This document shows positions 1-13,300 of a stretch of DNA of 64,000 nucleotides, piece after piece; the first letter of the stretch is position 1; each line of letters begins with the position of its first letter. The stretch spans positions 56,383,706 to 56,447,705 of the forward strand of contig JAUZTB010000076.1 in assembly GCA_034780895.1 (NCBI GenBank), in the 5' to 3' direction. Below the pieces are notes generated by a model. It had not been told where the DNA came from and made no database searches. It saw only the letters and a program-made list of their open reading frames with translations. The DNA is from Rhynchobatus australiae. Taxonomy: Eukaryota. The position numbers and the translations under genes were made by a program.

Positions 1-1344
1 TAAAAAAAAAGTACACTTATTTCAGAGAAAATATGAAAGCACCTAAACTTAAGTTTTTCACCTGAAATACAGAGAATGTTTTTGGAATATTCAGGGGTAA
101 CTTTCCAAGAAGAATGAAGGGTAATTTAAACTGTTTCAAAAAGAGATATGTACATTCAGAATTGCATATTTAAAAAACATATACAAGGTATTTTTAAAAA
201 AATTGTTTATGTTGTCTAATGAAGCTGAAATAATGATTGTGATGAATATTTTATCGCAGAGTGCTCTTGTCACTCCCAGTGCACTGTACCATGGTGATTG
301 GGTGCATGTTTGCACCTGTGATTCCCACATGACTAAATTCAATTGCTGCTGTGCCATGTGGGAGTCAAAGAGGAGAGAGAAAAATAAGTGTCACCTCAGC
401 CTGTGAGGTAGAATGAGTTGGGGAATTTGATGGAGCAGTAGGTTAGCACACTATCAGTTACTTGCTGGAAGCAGTTTAAGTTCAACCCTGACTAATGGGA
501 TGAGAATGATCCCAAGAGATTTTTATTTTGGACATTGTTGGTGTGCCTCCAGGGTTGGAGAGGGAGGGGAATTATCACTTGTTATGCAACTGTCCAACTT
601 GGCATTTTTGTTCAAAGGTAATGGAGGTCACCAGAGTTGAAAGATGGGATTATTGGGTGGTCACTGATAATAGTACTTATTGTTCTATTTTTACTTTTCT
701 CAGTCGTGATTTAGAAGCTTGACATTAAAGTGGAGGAGCATTCCCTACAAGATCATTCCAGTATTTAAAGCTGTGTTGAGTAATAATATTCTTATTAACA
801 GATTGTAATATAGGTAATCCTTGTAGTTTGTGAGCTGGGAATGGTGGTTGTGCAAATGGAACAGAGGGAGGACAAAGGACAGAGACTTTTTCTTTTATAG
901 GGTGAAGCTCAAAAGCTGAAGATTTAAAAGAGGGTTCTGTGATGAAATGAGACCTTTGCATAGAATTTTGGGCAAAATAGGATGGGTGAGGTGGAAAGTA
1001 GAGGAGATGGATCCAAGGATTTTGATCTTCGTCCATTTGTCTTCCAAGTTTTCCTTCTCTCTTGTAGGATGACTTGGTATTTACTTTTACCATCATTGGC
1101 TAATATAATGTTGTTGATAAAGTGCTCATTTTTGCACAGCTGGCATTGTTGCTTAAAAATTAGTTTTCCAGTCCTCAGTATTCCACCATGTGCTGAGAAA
1201 TATTAGCCTCCTGAAACAAGTAATCTCTATGGCCTTTGAGTCAGTGTTAGTTTTGAGAATGGAAGAGCTTTGCCACCCCCACTAACACATTTGAAAACCT
1301 TTCTGGTGTAATGATCCAAGCCCTTGATGTGAGGGAATGTCAAA

Positions 1345-1435
1345 AAATTGCGGGTGCTGGAAATCTGAAAACAGACCATGCTGAAAACACTCTGCAGGTC
1401 AGGCAACATCTGTGGAGAGAAGTTGAGTTAATGTA
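1345..1435 (-). mobile_element. Penelope-like (PLE) terminal-repeat remnant
   Basis: tgctggaaatctgaaaacagaccatgctgaaaacactctgcaggtcaggcaacatctgtggagagaag is the same motif as the arms attached to GIY-YIG fragments at 60994-61664. Confidence 0.7.
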
Positions 1436-4400
1436 AAAGGCCCTCAAAAGATGTGAGGGTACCACTGAAGTAGAACAGGTTACTTATAGAAATGAGCTTA
1501 CAAAATAATTTTTAATTTTAATGTGTGCAGACATGTATTTTCATCACTGTATATCAGTTATTGCACAAATCAAGGAGCTTGGCACCTGTTTATTTTGTGA
1601 GTGGAACCTTTGCAATTACTCCCAAGTTGGGCTTCTTGGTGAATAGCTGAGCTGTATGAGGTCCTGTGGTTTAATTGTTTTATTTAGTGCTCACCTAACA
1701 GTTTTCAACTGGGGTCAGTTTTAAATCTATTTTGAACCTTCAGTCTTTCCAGNNNNNNNNNNNNNNNNNNNNNNNNNNNNNNNNNNNNNNNNNNNNNNNN
1801 NNNNNNNNNNNNNNNNNNNNNNNNNNNNNNNNNNNNNNNNNNNNNNNNNNNNNNNNNNNNNNNNNNNNNNNNNNNNNNNNNNNNNNNNNNNNNNNNNNNN
1901 NNNNNNNNNNNNNNNNNNNNNNNNNNNNNNNNNNNNNNNNNNNNNNNNNNNNNNNNNNNNNNNNNNNNNNNNNNNNNNNNNNNNNNNNNNNNNNNNNNNN
2001 NNNNNNNNNNNNNNNNNNNNNNNNNNNNNNNNNNNNNNNNNNNNNNNNNNNNNNNNNNNNNNNNNNNNNNNNNNNNNNNNNNNNNNNNNNNNNNNNNNNN
2101 NNNNNNNNNNNNNNNNNNNNNNNNNNNNNNNNNNNNNNNNNNNNNNNNNNNNNNNNNNNNNNNNNNNNNNNNNNNNNNNNNNNNNNNNNNNNNNNNNNNN
2201 NNNNNNNNNNNNNNNACATTGCAATTAAACAGTGGCAGTGACAGGGGAGAAGAGATGCGCTAAGTTAATGAGCTTTCTTACAGCCTGTGCACTGTAGCCT
2301 CTGAAGTAGGGAAGTGATTAAAGCAGAGAGATAATTATAGATTAAGTGAAAATTTCTCCCAGGGGATGTCTCAACATAAACAATAACTATTGCAGGAATC
2401 CTATGTGGACTCACTCTTGAACATGTTCTGCTCATGTGTCATCTTTCAGCAGCATCACTTTAGTAGCAGGTTAAGCCTCCTGTTTACACCAGTAATTCAT
2501 TATAACATTGCTAGATCTTTCTTCCCACTACATTTTCCCTCTGATGCAATACTGGATGTATACAATCACATGAACTTGCTTTATACTGTTACATGTTGCT
2601 TTCCAACAGACTGCAACTATGCTACCATACAATGCTGTATGGATCCAAATTATTTAAACTTTGGTTGAACCATAACTATGTCTGCACCAGTACTAAATAC
2701 AATAATTTATGTTCAATGTAATTTGATATTGGTTGTAACACTTACAGTCAATCAATTGAGTGTTAGTGTTACAGCAAAATAGAAAAGATGTATGAAATAT
2801 AGCATGTGATTGGGTTACATTGTAGCAAATGACTAATAGTGCCATCAAGTCACACCCTTCACATCAGCATAAAGATTAGTTGTAATCAAGACTGAAACTT
2901 AAAGTATTGTGTGAATATGTTTAATTACTGCAGTAGGTTACATATTAAAAGGATAATTGGGAAACCATCTTTTGCCTTTCTCTTTCTGTCATCAGCTACT
3001 GCGGACGATCAATGAATCATCTGGCATTCAAAAAAGACTATTGGTTAAAGCAACTGAAATAAAAATGTGACAGTATGTAAAAATATCACTGCAAAGTTCC
3101 TCTGTTGTAAGTTACAAAATAGAGAATATAAGTGGGTATGTTACTGAATAATAGCGCAGAGTCTGAGGGCTTAGATCCCTCCATGCCAAATCTTGAAAAT
3201 AAATTCACTAAACCTAGAAACATATCTTGAGCGCCAGTGACAGTGGTTAACCATTGTTCTCCCCAGGAAAGGAATATATTGGTCCTGGCCTACACATGAT
3301 TCCAATTCCACAATTTTAATATCCTGAAATGCTATAATACGTGAAGGCTTGATACCAATCATATCATTCTTGGAGCAACCAGGTGCATCACTATATTACT
3401 CACATCTCAAGAACAAATGAAATAAGAGAGCTTCTGACCTTTGTCCTTCCTGCCAGTTTATCCCGTGACTGATTTGTTCTGCGGACTTGATTGAATTTGC
3501 AGTTATGTGCTGCTGAACTGACAAACGGGTTTTATTTTTTTGTATTTTTACTTCTTGTTTTGAAGAGTTTACTGAGTGTTTTATGCCAGCAAACATCCAA
3601 GACAGAAGTTGTTGAGTGATCTGATCTCTTTCAATTCCTGTGAAGGTTTTGAGTCTGTTTTCTTCTTTTTCTTTCCTTTCTATTTGTAAGGGATCACTTT
3701 ATTTCGATGATAAAATTGGATTGTAATTAGTGTACTGTCATCTTGGTATTGTTTTGTATTCCACAATTCCAGCACACGGTAACTTTGATACATCAATTTG
3801 TGGCACATATACTCATGCCTGCCCTTAACTTCTGTTGAACAGGATCCAAGGTGGTAAAGTATAAGGATTAACATTTGCTTCCCTTCCAAAGGCAAGCCAA
3901 CCATATTGATGGTCATCAACTCTAGCTTTTNNNNNNNNNNNNNNNNNNNNNNNNNNNNNNNNNNNNNNNNNNNNNNNNNNNNNNNNNNNNNNNNNNNNNN
4001 NNNNNNNNNNNNNNNNNNNNNNNNNNNNNNNNNNNNNNNNNNNNNNNNNNNNNNNNNNNNNNNNNNNNNNNNNNNNNNNNNNNNNNNNNNNNNNNNNNNN
4101 NNNNNNNNNNNNNNNNNNNNNNNNNNNNNNNNNNNNNNNNNNNNNNNNNNNNNNNNNNNNNNNNNNNNNNNNNNNNNNNNNNNNNNNNNNNNNNNNNNNN
4201 NNNNNNNNNNNNNNNNNNNNNNNNNNNNNNNNNNNNNNNNNNNNNNNNNNNNNNNNNNNNNNNNNNNNNNNNNNNNNNNNNNNNNNNNNNNNNNNNNNNN
4301 NNNNNNGCTTTCAAAGTTCTGCTGTGGGGCCACAGTCCAGAATATTTTGAGGCAGAGTTGAATGTGGGCCCATCTAACTTATTTTTGTTGAGCTCATTGA

Positions 4401-4607
4401 GCACTGGAACTGAAAGATGAAGATTGTATTTTCATAAGTGTTTTGGAGAAGAGTGAAAGTTAAATGGTCTTATAGTTTTGTCTAGACTATTGAAGTAGAA
4501 GTTGGTTATATCTACTTCTGTCATCCATCATCTCAACACTTTTCCAATCATTTTGCAATCTCTCTGTGCAGCCTATATTAAAATATTTTACTTCCTTTAT
4601 TTTGCAG

Positions 4608-4713
4608 GGAAGAAGACAAAACTATATTTGATCACTGCAGAGAGAACAACATTGATCATGTTTTAAAAGCTCTTGTATCTAAGAATGTGGATGTTAACCT
4701 GAGGGATGAGGAG
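4608..4713 (+). CDS. ACBD6: ACBD6 internal coding exon (106 nt), start of ankyrin-repeat region: (R)EEDKTIFDHCRENNIDHVLKALVSKNVDVNLRDEE
   Basis: Acceptor cttcctttattttgcag|G and donor GAG|gtacat. Manual translation closely matches vertebrate ACBD6 as I recall it (REEDKNIFDYCRENNIDHITKAIKSKNVDVNVKDEE). Starts phase 2, ends phase 0, and splices in frame to 7589. Confidence 0.95.
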
Positions 4714-6942
4714 GTACATTTTCAATGATAGTTTCTCAATTCATTGCATGCATTGACCTTTTTTTTTATTTCCATTCTATATTAACCATTTTGTTTATAT
4801 ATGTAAATTATTAACAGTTTGCCTACTTGTTAGAAATTCACATTAAAACATTGATTTGTTGCCTATGAGGATTGTTTTATATTTGGAAACAGTAGTATAT
4901 GTCCCTCTGTTTTCTATGTTGGCAAACAATTAAGCATGAAAATAGAAATTAACTTTGCACTAACGCCAACCTTTCTGTTCCTACTCAAGGAGAAATTCTA
5001 GTCAAGTTTTAAAAATATTATGAACTGAAATGTACTCATTGGTTAAAGGCAGTATTATATCCTCAACTATTATATTATTTAAACAAAGTCCAACATTTTT
5101 TCTATGTTTAAAACTTATTCTGGTAGATTTCTATAATTAAGTGATTTGTGAATTGTAGTACATTTTTTAATTTACTTCACTAATAAAGCAACAATATTCA
5201 TTTCATTACAGAGTTGATTTTTGTATCTACATTGTCCTCCCTTTTTTAATGACATGTTTATGAAGGAAACCAATCACATATCTATTCACCATTACTCCTG
5301 CTCAGTCCTATGAAAAGCAAAACCTGCTTTTGAGAGAAAATCTGGATCAAGGCTTAAAATTTCTGAAAGATGGTTTGCCAGTCCTTTGAGCACCACTACA
5401 TCCCTGCTTCAGGAAGAAATTTCTTTAAATTCCAGGTACCTCCCCATGAAGGGTTAGTAGCTAATCCAAAATTTGTTATTTGTGAACTGATCGGAGCTCC
5501 AGTAAAATAGATAACTTCGACCAAAATAGATTGCTGAATCCCAGCAGAAGTTTTGAGTAAACCACATGGGGCACTGCCTTCACTCCTCTCCAACAAGAGC
5601 ATAGTGTGCTGCTTTAATGCCGTTAGTACTGAAGAGACAGTTATAGCAGTGATATAAAAGCACCCAAAAATGTTGGTCAGTTGTATTTTTAAAATTTTTT
5701 TTATTATGTAAATGTCTCTTGTCATGTCAGTGCAAGATATTCAGGAATAGTGAGCATTTTAGAATGTTTATTAACAGGAATTGGCTCAGCATGAACAGTA
5801 GAGGGCAGTATACTGTTGTGGCAAATCAAAGCAATTCTATATGACTGTGCAAATCTCCACTTCCTCTCTCCATCCTCATCACCCCCTTAAAAAGAATAAA
5901 ATTTGTCACACACTTGAACAACTGTAGTCCTTATGCATTCATGGATTGAGACATGCAGAATTCAGCAGGGTTCATTTGAAAACACAGATCAAATATCTGC
6001 CTTTTCAACCATAACGACTCTTCTGATATTTGGTGTAATTTTAGCAACTGCTTAAATTTTGCATCATGCTGTGATATTGAAATTGTGCTTTTCACAGAGA
6101 AATCTGATGGATAATCTTCATTTAGAGATTAGTCCTTCCTTGGCATAAACTTGTATTTATTGTTGTGCTTTGGGTAACATTAACCAGGTGTGTTTACACC
6201 AGCTTGACTTTTGTTTAGGCAGTAAGATGTCCTGAAAAAGTGATGGTTTGTGAATGGGTGACAGGTGATCTGCAATGCACATCAATAGGAATTCTTAATT
6301 ACCTATAAGATAATTGTCCACAATCAACTAACAAAACCAACATACAAGGACTTAAATTACAACAACTAATCTTTTGCAGAATCAAACTATCTCAATTAAA
6401 CTAGTTGAAAGGATTATATGGGTTATCTATAATATTTTTTATGGAGAAAATAAATTAGTGCTTTCTGGGAGAAAATCAGCAGGTGGAAAACTATACTTGA
6501 CGGAGGTGGCTGTCTTAATTTAGCAACCTGTCTAATTTTTCCTTCCCGATTTGTGTTATGTAATTACCTTGTCTTTTGAACCTAGCCAGATCCATCATCT
6601 CATACTTTCTAAGGATTTGCATAAATTCATGGTCTGTTGTATAGTTAAAATGTAACTATACAGCAAACCATGGGCTTCAGCACCACCAGAGGATTCCTGT
6701 CCAGCCCTACAGATTCACTTTAGCCCTTCCTTTTTTTATTTGAAAGCTTGCCCTTTGCTATTTTACTTGATTATTTGATCTCTAGCCCCATTTTATTGAG
6801 TTGTTCTTTCCCCTCATATTTAGAGCTTGCAAATCAAGATAAGAAATATCTTTTAAGATGCAAAATATCTTTTATCAGTGGGAGGAAACACATTTAATAT
6901 CAAAATACCACAAATGCTGATATTCTGAACTAAAATAAAGTA

Positions 6943-7259
6943 CAGGCCATCCCTAGGTAATGAACGAGCTCTGTTTTTACAGATATCCTTAAGTCGATTT
7001 TGTTCACAAATGGGGAAAATACACAAAAATCACTCTATGTGGTAACTGTACCTCCACATTATTGTTATGAATGGCATCAAAAGTACCCTAGACTGATTAG
7101 AAAGAATAATTACTAAAAGTAGAGAGAGAGACTAGTTCTGCTGTTCATAGGAACGAATGTGCATACTCTCGTCAGACTTCTGAATTTAATAATATTATGG
7201 GACCTCATTCATATGTAGAGGTGTCCATAAGTCGGGCATTTGTAATCCAGAATGGCCTG
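6943..7259. mobile_element. Tigger/pogo-type (Tc1-mariner superfamily) MITE, about 317 bp, inserted into a PLE remnant
   Basis: TA on both sides (6941-6942 and 7260-7261). Imperfect TIRs: CAGGCCATCCCTAGGTAATGAAC on the left; the right end reverse-complements to CAGGCCATTCTGGATTACAAAT. Flanks 6900-6940 and 7262-7360 join into one PLE arm. Confidence 0.8.
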
Positions 7260-7588
7260 TAGTAGAAACACTCAGTCTATTAACCAGCACCTATAGAGAG
7301 AGAAACAAAGTTAACATTTAAGATCATCTTTTATCAGAGCTGAAGAAGTTAGAGTTGTAGAAAGTTTTAAACAAGTAAACAAAAATAAGATTAATAGGAA
7401 AAAGCTCTTGATGGATTACAGCTGCCATCTTTGGTCAAGTTCTTCCTTGATGTCAAGGGCACTTTATCTTCAAGGACACTCATTTTCTCACCATTTACAA
7501 ATACCCTGTTTTTCTATTTTCTCCAAGCAAAGTGGATGACTTTGTAGGAAAAGCCTGTAAATAAGAATGCATCAATTTCCTTCCCTAG

Positions 7589-7678
7589 GGCAGAGCATTA
7601 CTACATTGGGCATGTGACCGAGGGCATAAAGAGCTGGTCGGGATGTTGCTTCAACAAAAAGCTGAAATCAACAGTCAG
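7589..7678 (+). CDS. ACBD6: ACBD6 internal coding exon (90 nt), ankyrin repeat: GRALLHWACDRGHKELVGMLLQQKAEINSQ
   Basis: Acceptor tttccttccctag|GGC and donor CAG|gtaaat; phase 0/0. Matches ACBD6 GRALLHWACDRGHKELVTVLLQHRADINCQ. Confidence 0.96.
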
Positions 7679-7859
7679 GTAAATTTTGATGGCCCCTTTA
7701 CATTATTGCTTATAACTGCAGTTGCAGTTTGCACAAATGATTCATCTGTTTTTTTTTTGAAAGTATACACATGAAAAAATATCATTTACTTTGAAATGTT
7801 TTGTATTTATTATCACAGACAGAAACAGTGGGACGTATTCTGTTGCCTCATTGTTTGGG

Positions 7860-8060
7860 ATTACATAGCATTGCACAGAAACAGGTCATTTGGCCCAACT
7901 AGTCCATGCTGGTGTTTATGTTCCACTTGCCCTTCTTTCCTTCTCCAAATCCTTCAGTGAAACTCTATGTTCTCTTATCTGTCATATACATGTCCAGCCT
8001 CCCCTTGAATACATCTATTTTCTGTAGCCTCTTCCTGGTTGTGAGTTCCATATTCTCTTT
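7860..8060 (-). mobile_element. CR1-type LINE 3' end fragment
   Basis: cacagaaacaggtcatttggcccaactagtccatgctgg is the reverse complement of the CR1 3' tail motif also seen at 29515 and 48555. Confidence 0.6.
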
Positions 8061-9199
8061 GTTGTATGAAACTGCAGTCCTGTTCTACAAGCTCAGAGCA
8101 ATTCAATGAAAGCATGCTGCTGGTCAATCTGCATCTAAAAGGAAGAAAATTTTATTGGCATTTGCCACTGTCCTTTTAGCTTTTCAATTAATAAGCCACA
8201 GCTTTTTTTGTAAAAACCCTAGTTTATTTTAGCTTGAAATAAAAATAGATATGTAAATGATATAGAATATGTGGTGCCGGTGAAGGTGAATTGTTGAGTT
8301 TGATTCCCCTCTGGGGTAAATATACCTAATTAGTCCACACTTGGGAAATTAACCCATTAATAAACCCCTCACAGGCACAGCACCTTACTTGTTGGTATTT
8401 CCATTTTCCCCAGAGATGGTCAGAGACAGTGATTCACTGAAAACTTAATATGCAAGGTAACTGGTCTGAAAACACCCTGCACTTCAGATTTCTGGAGTCG
8501 TCTTGAATCCTGGTAGAACAATAAGATATGACAGAAAAACTGCACCAACAGGTGGTATATTCCAATTCTTGGTAACCTATGAGAAGGTGCCATAGTTTAC
8601 ATGCCGAGTGATACTTGTGGTAAACAATTCTTTTATCTTAATGGAACAATATTTTCATACTATTTATTCCTAGAATGTGGCCATTGCTGATGTGACCATA
8701 TTTTTTTATTGTCCATCCCTCAACTTTTTTGTTTGTTTAGGACCACTTTTGCGGATGTTAAGAGGCTATCACACCTAGTGTGATGGCCACACCTATTGCA
8801 CTCGTCAAACCTTTTACCAGGGTAATAATCTGCTGTATAATCGTGATTTTTTTGAGCGATGACAGTACCCATTAATGACCAGATACTTTACTTGCAAGGC
8901 ATGTGATAATTGAGTGGCATATGCAGTCAGAAGAGCCTAGAGAGTCTCACTGTATTTCCAAAAGGCATTTTGTTATTTTCATTGCATTTACAGTGCATTG
9001 AGTTTTTTAAAAAATGATTATCTTGAAATGATATCTTGTGGCTCTTCCATTTAACTGCACTGTTTTTTTTTCAGTGGTACTGCTTTGTTCTTCTGCTAAT
9101 GAAACTGGCCTATTTCATTGTAGGACAGGTTTCAAAACAATCCGACCTACTGCAAAACAACTGCACTCTTTTGTTTCTGATCTTCTTGGGCTGTCCTTC

Positions 9200-9840
9200 A
9201 AGGCCAAACATTACTTGCTTCCACTCTTGTTCTTAGGTGGCTAGTGTGGTAGCTGTATACACTGCCATGGATGAGACGAGAGCAGCTTGACTGTACAGGT
9301 GGGTGGGCAGAATGGGAGGTGATGCTGTCTTTACACAGTTTTCACTTCCCATTCATGTACTCCTGAGTGTTCCTTGTCTGCTTTGAGTAAACGTGAGACA
9401 GGGATTCCCATAAGTTGATCAGCAAATTGTATTTTTTGAAGGAGGCTTTGAAAACATACATGAAACGTTTCCTCCATACTCTTGTCAGGCAAAGCTTGTG
9501 TCAGGACTGTGGATGGATTAGTCTGATTAAAGTCTTTGCTGGAGATGTTAGCCAGGGAAAAGTTGCAGACATTGGTTTGCTTATTCTGCCAATGGATTTG
9601 GAAGATTTTGTAGAGAGTGGTATCTCTCCAGTGTTTTGAGATGCCTGTTACAGGCAGTCTACATCTCCCAAGCATACATGAGAGTGGGGATCACTGCTGT
9701 TGGTGGACCATGTGTTTAGTGCTGTGCTTGAAATCTTTGATTTTTAAATACTCTTTTTCTCAGATGACGGAAGGCTGCGCTGGGACAGTGGATATGAATT
9801 TTATCATCAGTGTTTGCCTTCACTGAGAGATGGCTGTGGA
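9200..9840 (-). mobile_element. Decayed RTE-clade LINE, RT C-terminus and 3' end
   Basis: Minus-strand frameshifted peptides SHLSVKANTDD, AAFRHLRKRVFKN, VIPTLMYAWE and KIFQIHWQNKQTN match the RTE RT C-terminal consensus. Confidence 0.75.
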
Positions 9841-9944
9841 GATTTGGAAAGTTGATTGAGAAATAGCTGCAGAAATGAAGTGTGGAGGACTTTATTCAGT
9901 GCCTCTTACCTTCCCATTTGTCAGGGAATAATACGATAAAAATA

Positions 9945-10372
9945 AATTCTTGCTTTTATGACCTTATGGCTTTCCAAAGCTCCTGACAATACTGAACTGT
10001 TCTTTGAAATATTGTCTTCATTGATAATGTAGGAAATATGGCAGCCAATGAAACACAGCAAGTTCTCACAACCTGATAATGGCCAGATAACCATTAGTAA
10101 TTAGTGATGCATATTGAACGATAAATAGTGGCCAGGTCACTGAGGTTAAATCTGTGGCACTTATTCTAAATAGGGCTGCAGGATATTTTACATACACCCA
10201 ATTGGAAGAGATTGGACGTCATTTTAAAGTCTTGTCTGAACAACTGTGCTTCTGACCAACACAGCACTCCCTCAATACTAGATAGTATGTCAGCCTTGAT
10301 TTTTGTTCTCTGAACTGGGAACTCAGCATATTACCTGACCAAGAGTAAAATGTATTACCAATCCAAGCCATT
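9945..10372 (-). mobile_element. Deu-domain SINE (SacSINE1/AmnSINE-like), old copy
   Basis: Reverse complement contains agtattgagggagtgctgtg...cctggccactatttatc...ttggctgccatatttcctacatt, matching the recalled Deu-SINE core and tail. Confidence 0.7.
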
Positions 10373-13300
10373 GCGAAAAAAACTGATGCGTTTGGATGAC
10401 AAAATACCTTCCACTAGCTGGATTTTAACCTTAGTGGTTTCTTGGTGTGGCATCGTGTTTTGCTCTAAATGGCTCTGATTCCTGTCTTGAGCTTGCTCTT
10501 CACAATCTGAACTTGCTGCTTCTTGTCCTGATGCATTTAAATCAATCGATATCTTCTGTATCCTATTAATTATTTTTTATATCATCCATCAGATCCCTGC
10601 TTTACTTAATCTTCTCTTGTACCTCAACCTTTTATCCCCNNNNNNNNNNNNNNNNNNNNNNNNNNNNNNNNNNNNNNNNNNNNNNNNNNNNNNNNNNNNN
10701 NNNNNNNNNNNNNNNNNNNNNNNNNNNNNNNNNNNNNNNTCCCCACAGAAGGCATGCCAGTCTGTGGGAAGCACTTGTGCTGCCATGTGTTATAACCAAC
10801 TCTGAATAAAGAGTCTGTATTTGAGGATGAAGTGATGATACTGCTGTATTCTACTTAATTTGAAGCTGTGCCACATCTCTTATGCAAGGAGCTCCATAAG
10901 ATTTACTACATGCAGGTGCCAATTTCCTAATATAAATACATATTAAACTAATTTTGCCCAAATGTTATTCAAACAGTTTCAATAATGAGGGAGCATAAAA
11001 CATATAGAGGTAGGTTGATTTGGAAGTGACTAGTGTACAAGGAGAACTTTCACTTATGTGGAATACTTTTCTATTTTGCAGCACTTAAGGTTTAGTGGGG
11101 TTTCTTTCATATCTCTTGGATTCAGATTTCCTATATGTGAGGGATTTGATTAAATGTTCTTTTTCTGTGAGTGTGAGAGATGAAACCTTGTTAAATTTCC
11201 CTTGCTGGTTGTACAGACCCAAGGATCTGGATGGGATCAGCTCACATTCCAGTGCTGGCTGCAGGTGTGGAAGTGGGTATTATCCACAATTATCACAGCG
11301 AACAATTACCCTGATAATGAAGTTTAGTTGGACAATGCCACTTAACTCTTTTGTTGGCATTTTAAACCCTCTCCACAAATTGTGGCATAATGGAACTCCT
11401 GGGAACAACGTGGAGCATTCCAAACAGTGCCTTTCTTTCCATTTCTTTGTAAATGGGAAGATGACTTGAAAACAAAGTATTGAGATTTAAATGTATTTTT
11501 TAGACAAGAAACGCAATTTACCTTCAAAACTTTGAGACTTGATTTTTTTTGTGCTGTGATTTGTTTTTTTAACGGGTAGAAGACTATGGTTGTCAGAGGA
11601 ATTCAGTTGAATTGTGATTTCTCTGTTATAACCTTAATTCAGTCTTGTTTCATGCCATCTCCACTGTAACAGTGTAATTTGGTTCTTCCCATTGCTATGC
11701 CTTGAATAGAATGGAATTCATAAAGAAATACTCATTACAGCTGAAGGTAGTATTTGGGCTTGTTAAAGAGACAGATTTTACTATGGGTTCAGTGGAGATA
11801 ATTTTGTCCTGAGCTTTTGGAAACTTGACTTTGACCATTATTGCTCAGACCTTTGGTTATCGCATGTTGGACATATGATGATGTATGATACTCAGATAAA
11901 TTCTGGTGCTCTTGGGCACCTCAGTCAATTGACTGAATTGGATTCCTGGTGGAGCATTAAGGCTACGTGAATTTGGATATTATTAAGAGTAGAGTGATTC
12001 CGAGCACTAGGTAAACACAGCTTTTGGCATATGTTATGTTTCTAACCTGACTGTAAAAGCTTGGAGAGTTTGTCAGACTGACGTAGCACATCATAGAAAG
12101 TTCAAACCTCTTCTGCTGTCCCCAGCACTTCAAGTGGTGTTGGAAAATAACAAAATGAAAATTCAAACTTAATCTAGTCTGTGGGGAAGCTGAACCACTT
12201 CCCCGCATAACAGCAAATGTGTTTATTTAATTTTGTTTTTTTTTGTTCTTGGGGCATGAGGGACTTGGTTGAGCTACACAAGGGATCTCAGTCAGGTGAA
12301 CAGTTCCATTGTGATTTTGCTGTTTACCATGGGAGCTGTGGATACCAAACAATACATTACATGAAGGGTCAGCCTACAATGATGTAAAGACCAGGTTGAT
12401 CTCAGCCAAGGTTGGTGAAATTAGAAAGCATGAAGAAATAAATTGAGACACTTTGGTCAGATAAAGTTAAAATTGGGTTCTAGAAGCCTATACATTGATG
12501 GAACACAGTGGGAAAAGTGGGAAAAAAACCAGCAGAATTTAAATAGCTTTAATGCCCTTGGATGTGTTCAGTATGTGAAAATGCAATGATTTATGATGTG
12601 TATAAGAGAAATAATGTGTAGCATGTGTTCCTTTGAGCTCAGGAAGACTAAAAGAACAAAGTTTAGAGGGGACAGAAGATTTGCAATCCGGCATCCATGG
12701 TTTGTAATAATTGGGATGCTTACAGANNNNNNNNNNNNNNNNNNNNNNNNNNNNNNNNNNNNNNNNNNNNNNNNNNNNNNNNNNNNNNNNNNNNNNNNNN
12801 NNNNNNNNNNNNNNNNNNNNNNNNNNGATGCTTACAGAATCTCTAGAGTTAAAGAAAGACAGGATTACATCCCAATAAGGAAATATAAAAGAAAGAAAGA
12901 TAATGTAGCAGGGTACAGTTTGCTTTATTGGTAGAGTGAGGTCATATTGTCTTTAGTTGTTTTAAGCTGCAGTTTGCAAGGTCTGCTGAATAAATTGGAT
13001 TAATGGAAGAACATCAGAAGCCTGGATTCATGCCTCAAAACTTGAAAGACAATTGATGTAATTTTTAAAATAGTTATATCTATGAAATTTGGGTGCAAAA
13101 CTTTCCCCTGATCATTGCCATGTTAATTATGACAAATGTATTTTAGGTAATATATTTGCATCTGGTGGTGTTTTTAACTTCTCTAAACGAAGCATGTTAT
13201 TTCTACAAGCGAACATTAACAGCAAGATTTTCTGCCAGGGTTTTTTTTCCCCTGTATACTTGTTAATTAAAAAAGTTACTGAGTTTTAAATTCATTGTAG

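Noticed and set aside
1730-1752. Acceptor-like tctttccag directly before an N gap as the start of an upstream ACBD6 exon
   Set aside because: The following sequence is missing, so it cannot be supported.
12250-12425. Possible LF-SINE-like remnants (also near 430-520, 49590-49640, 62230-62275)
   Set aside because: Similarity is too short and degenerate to call by eye.
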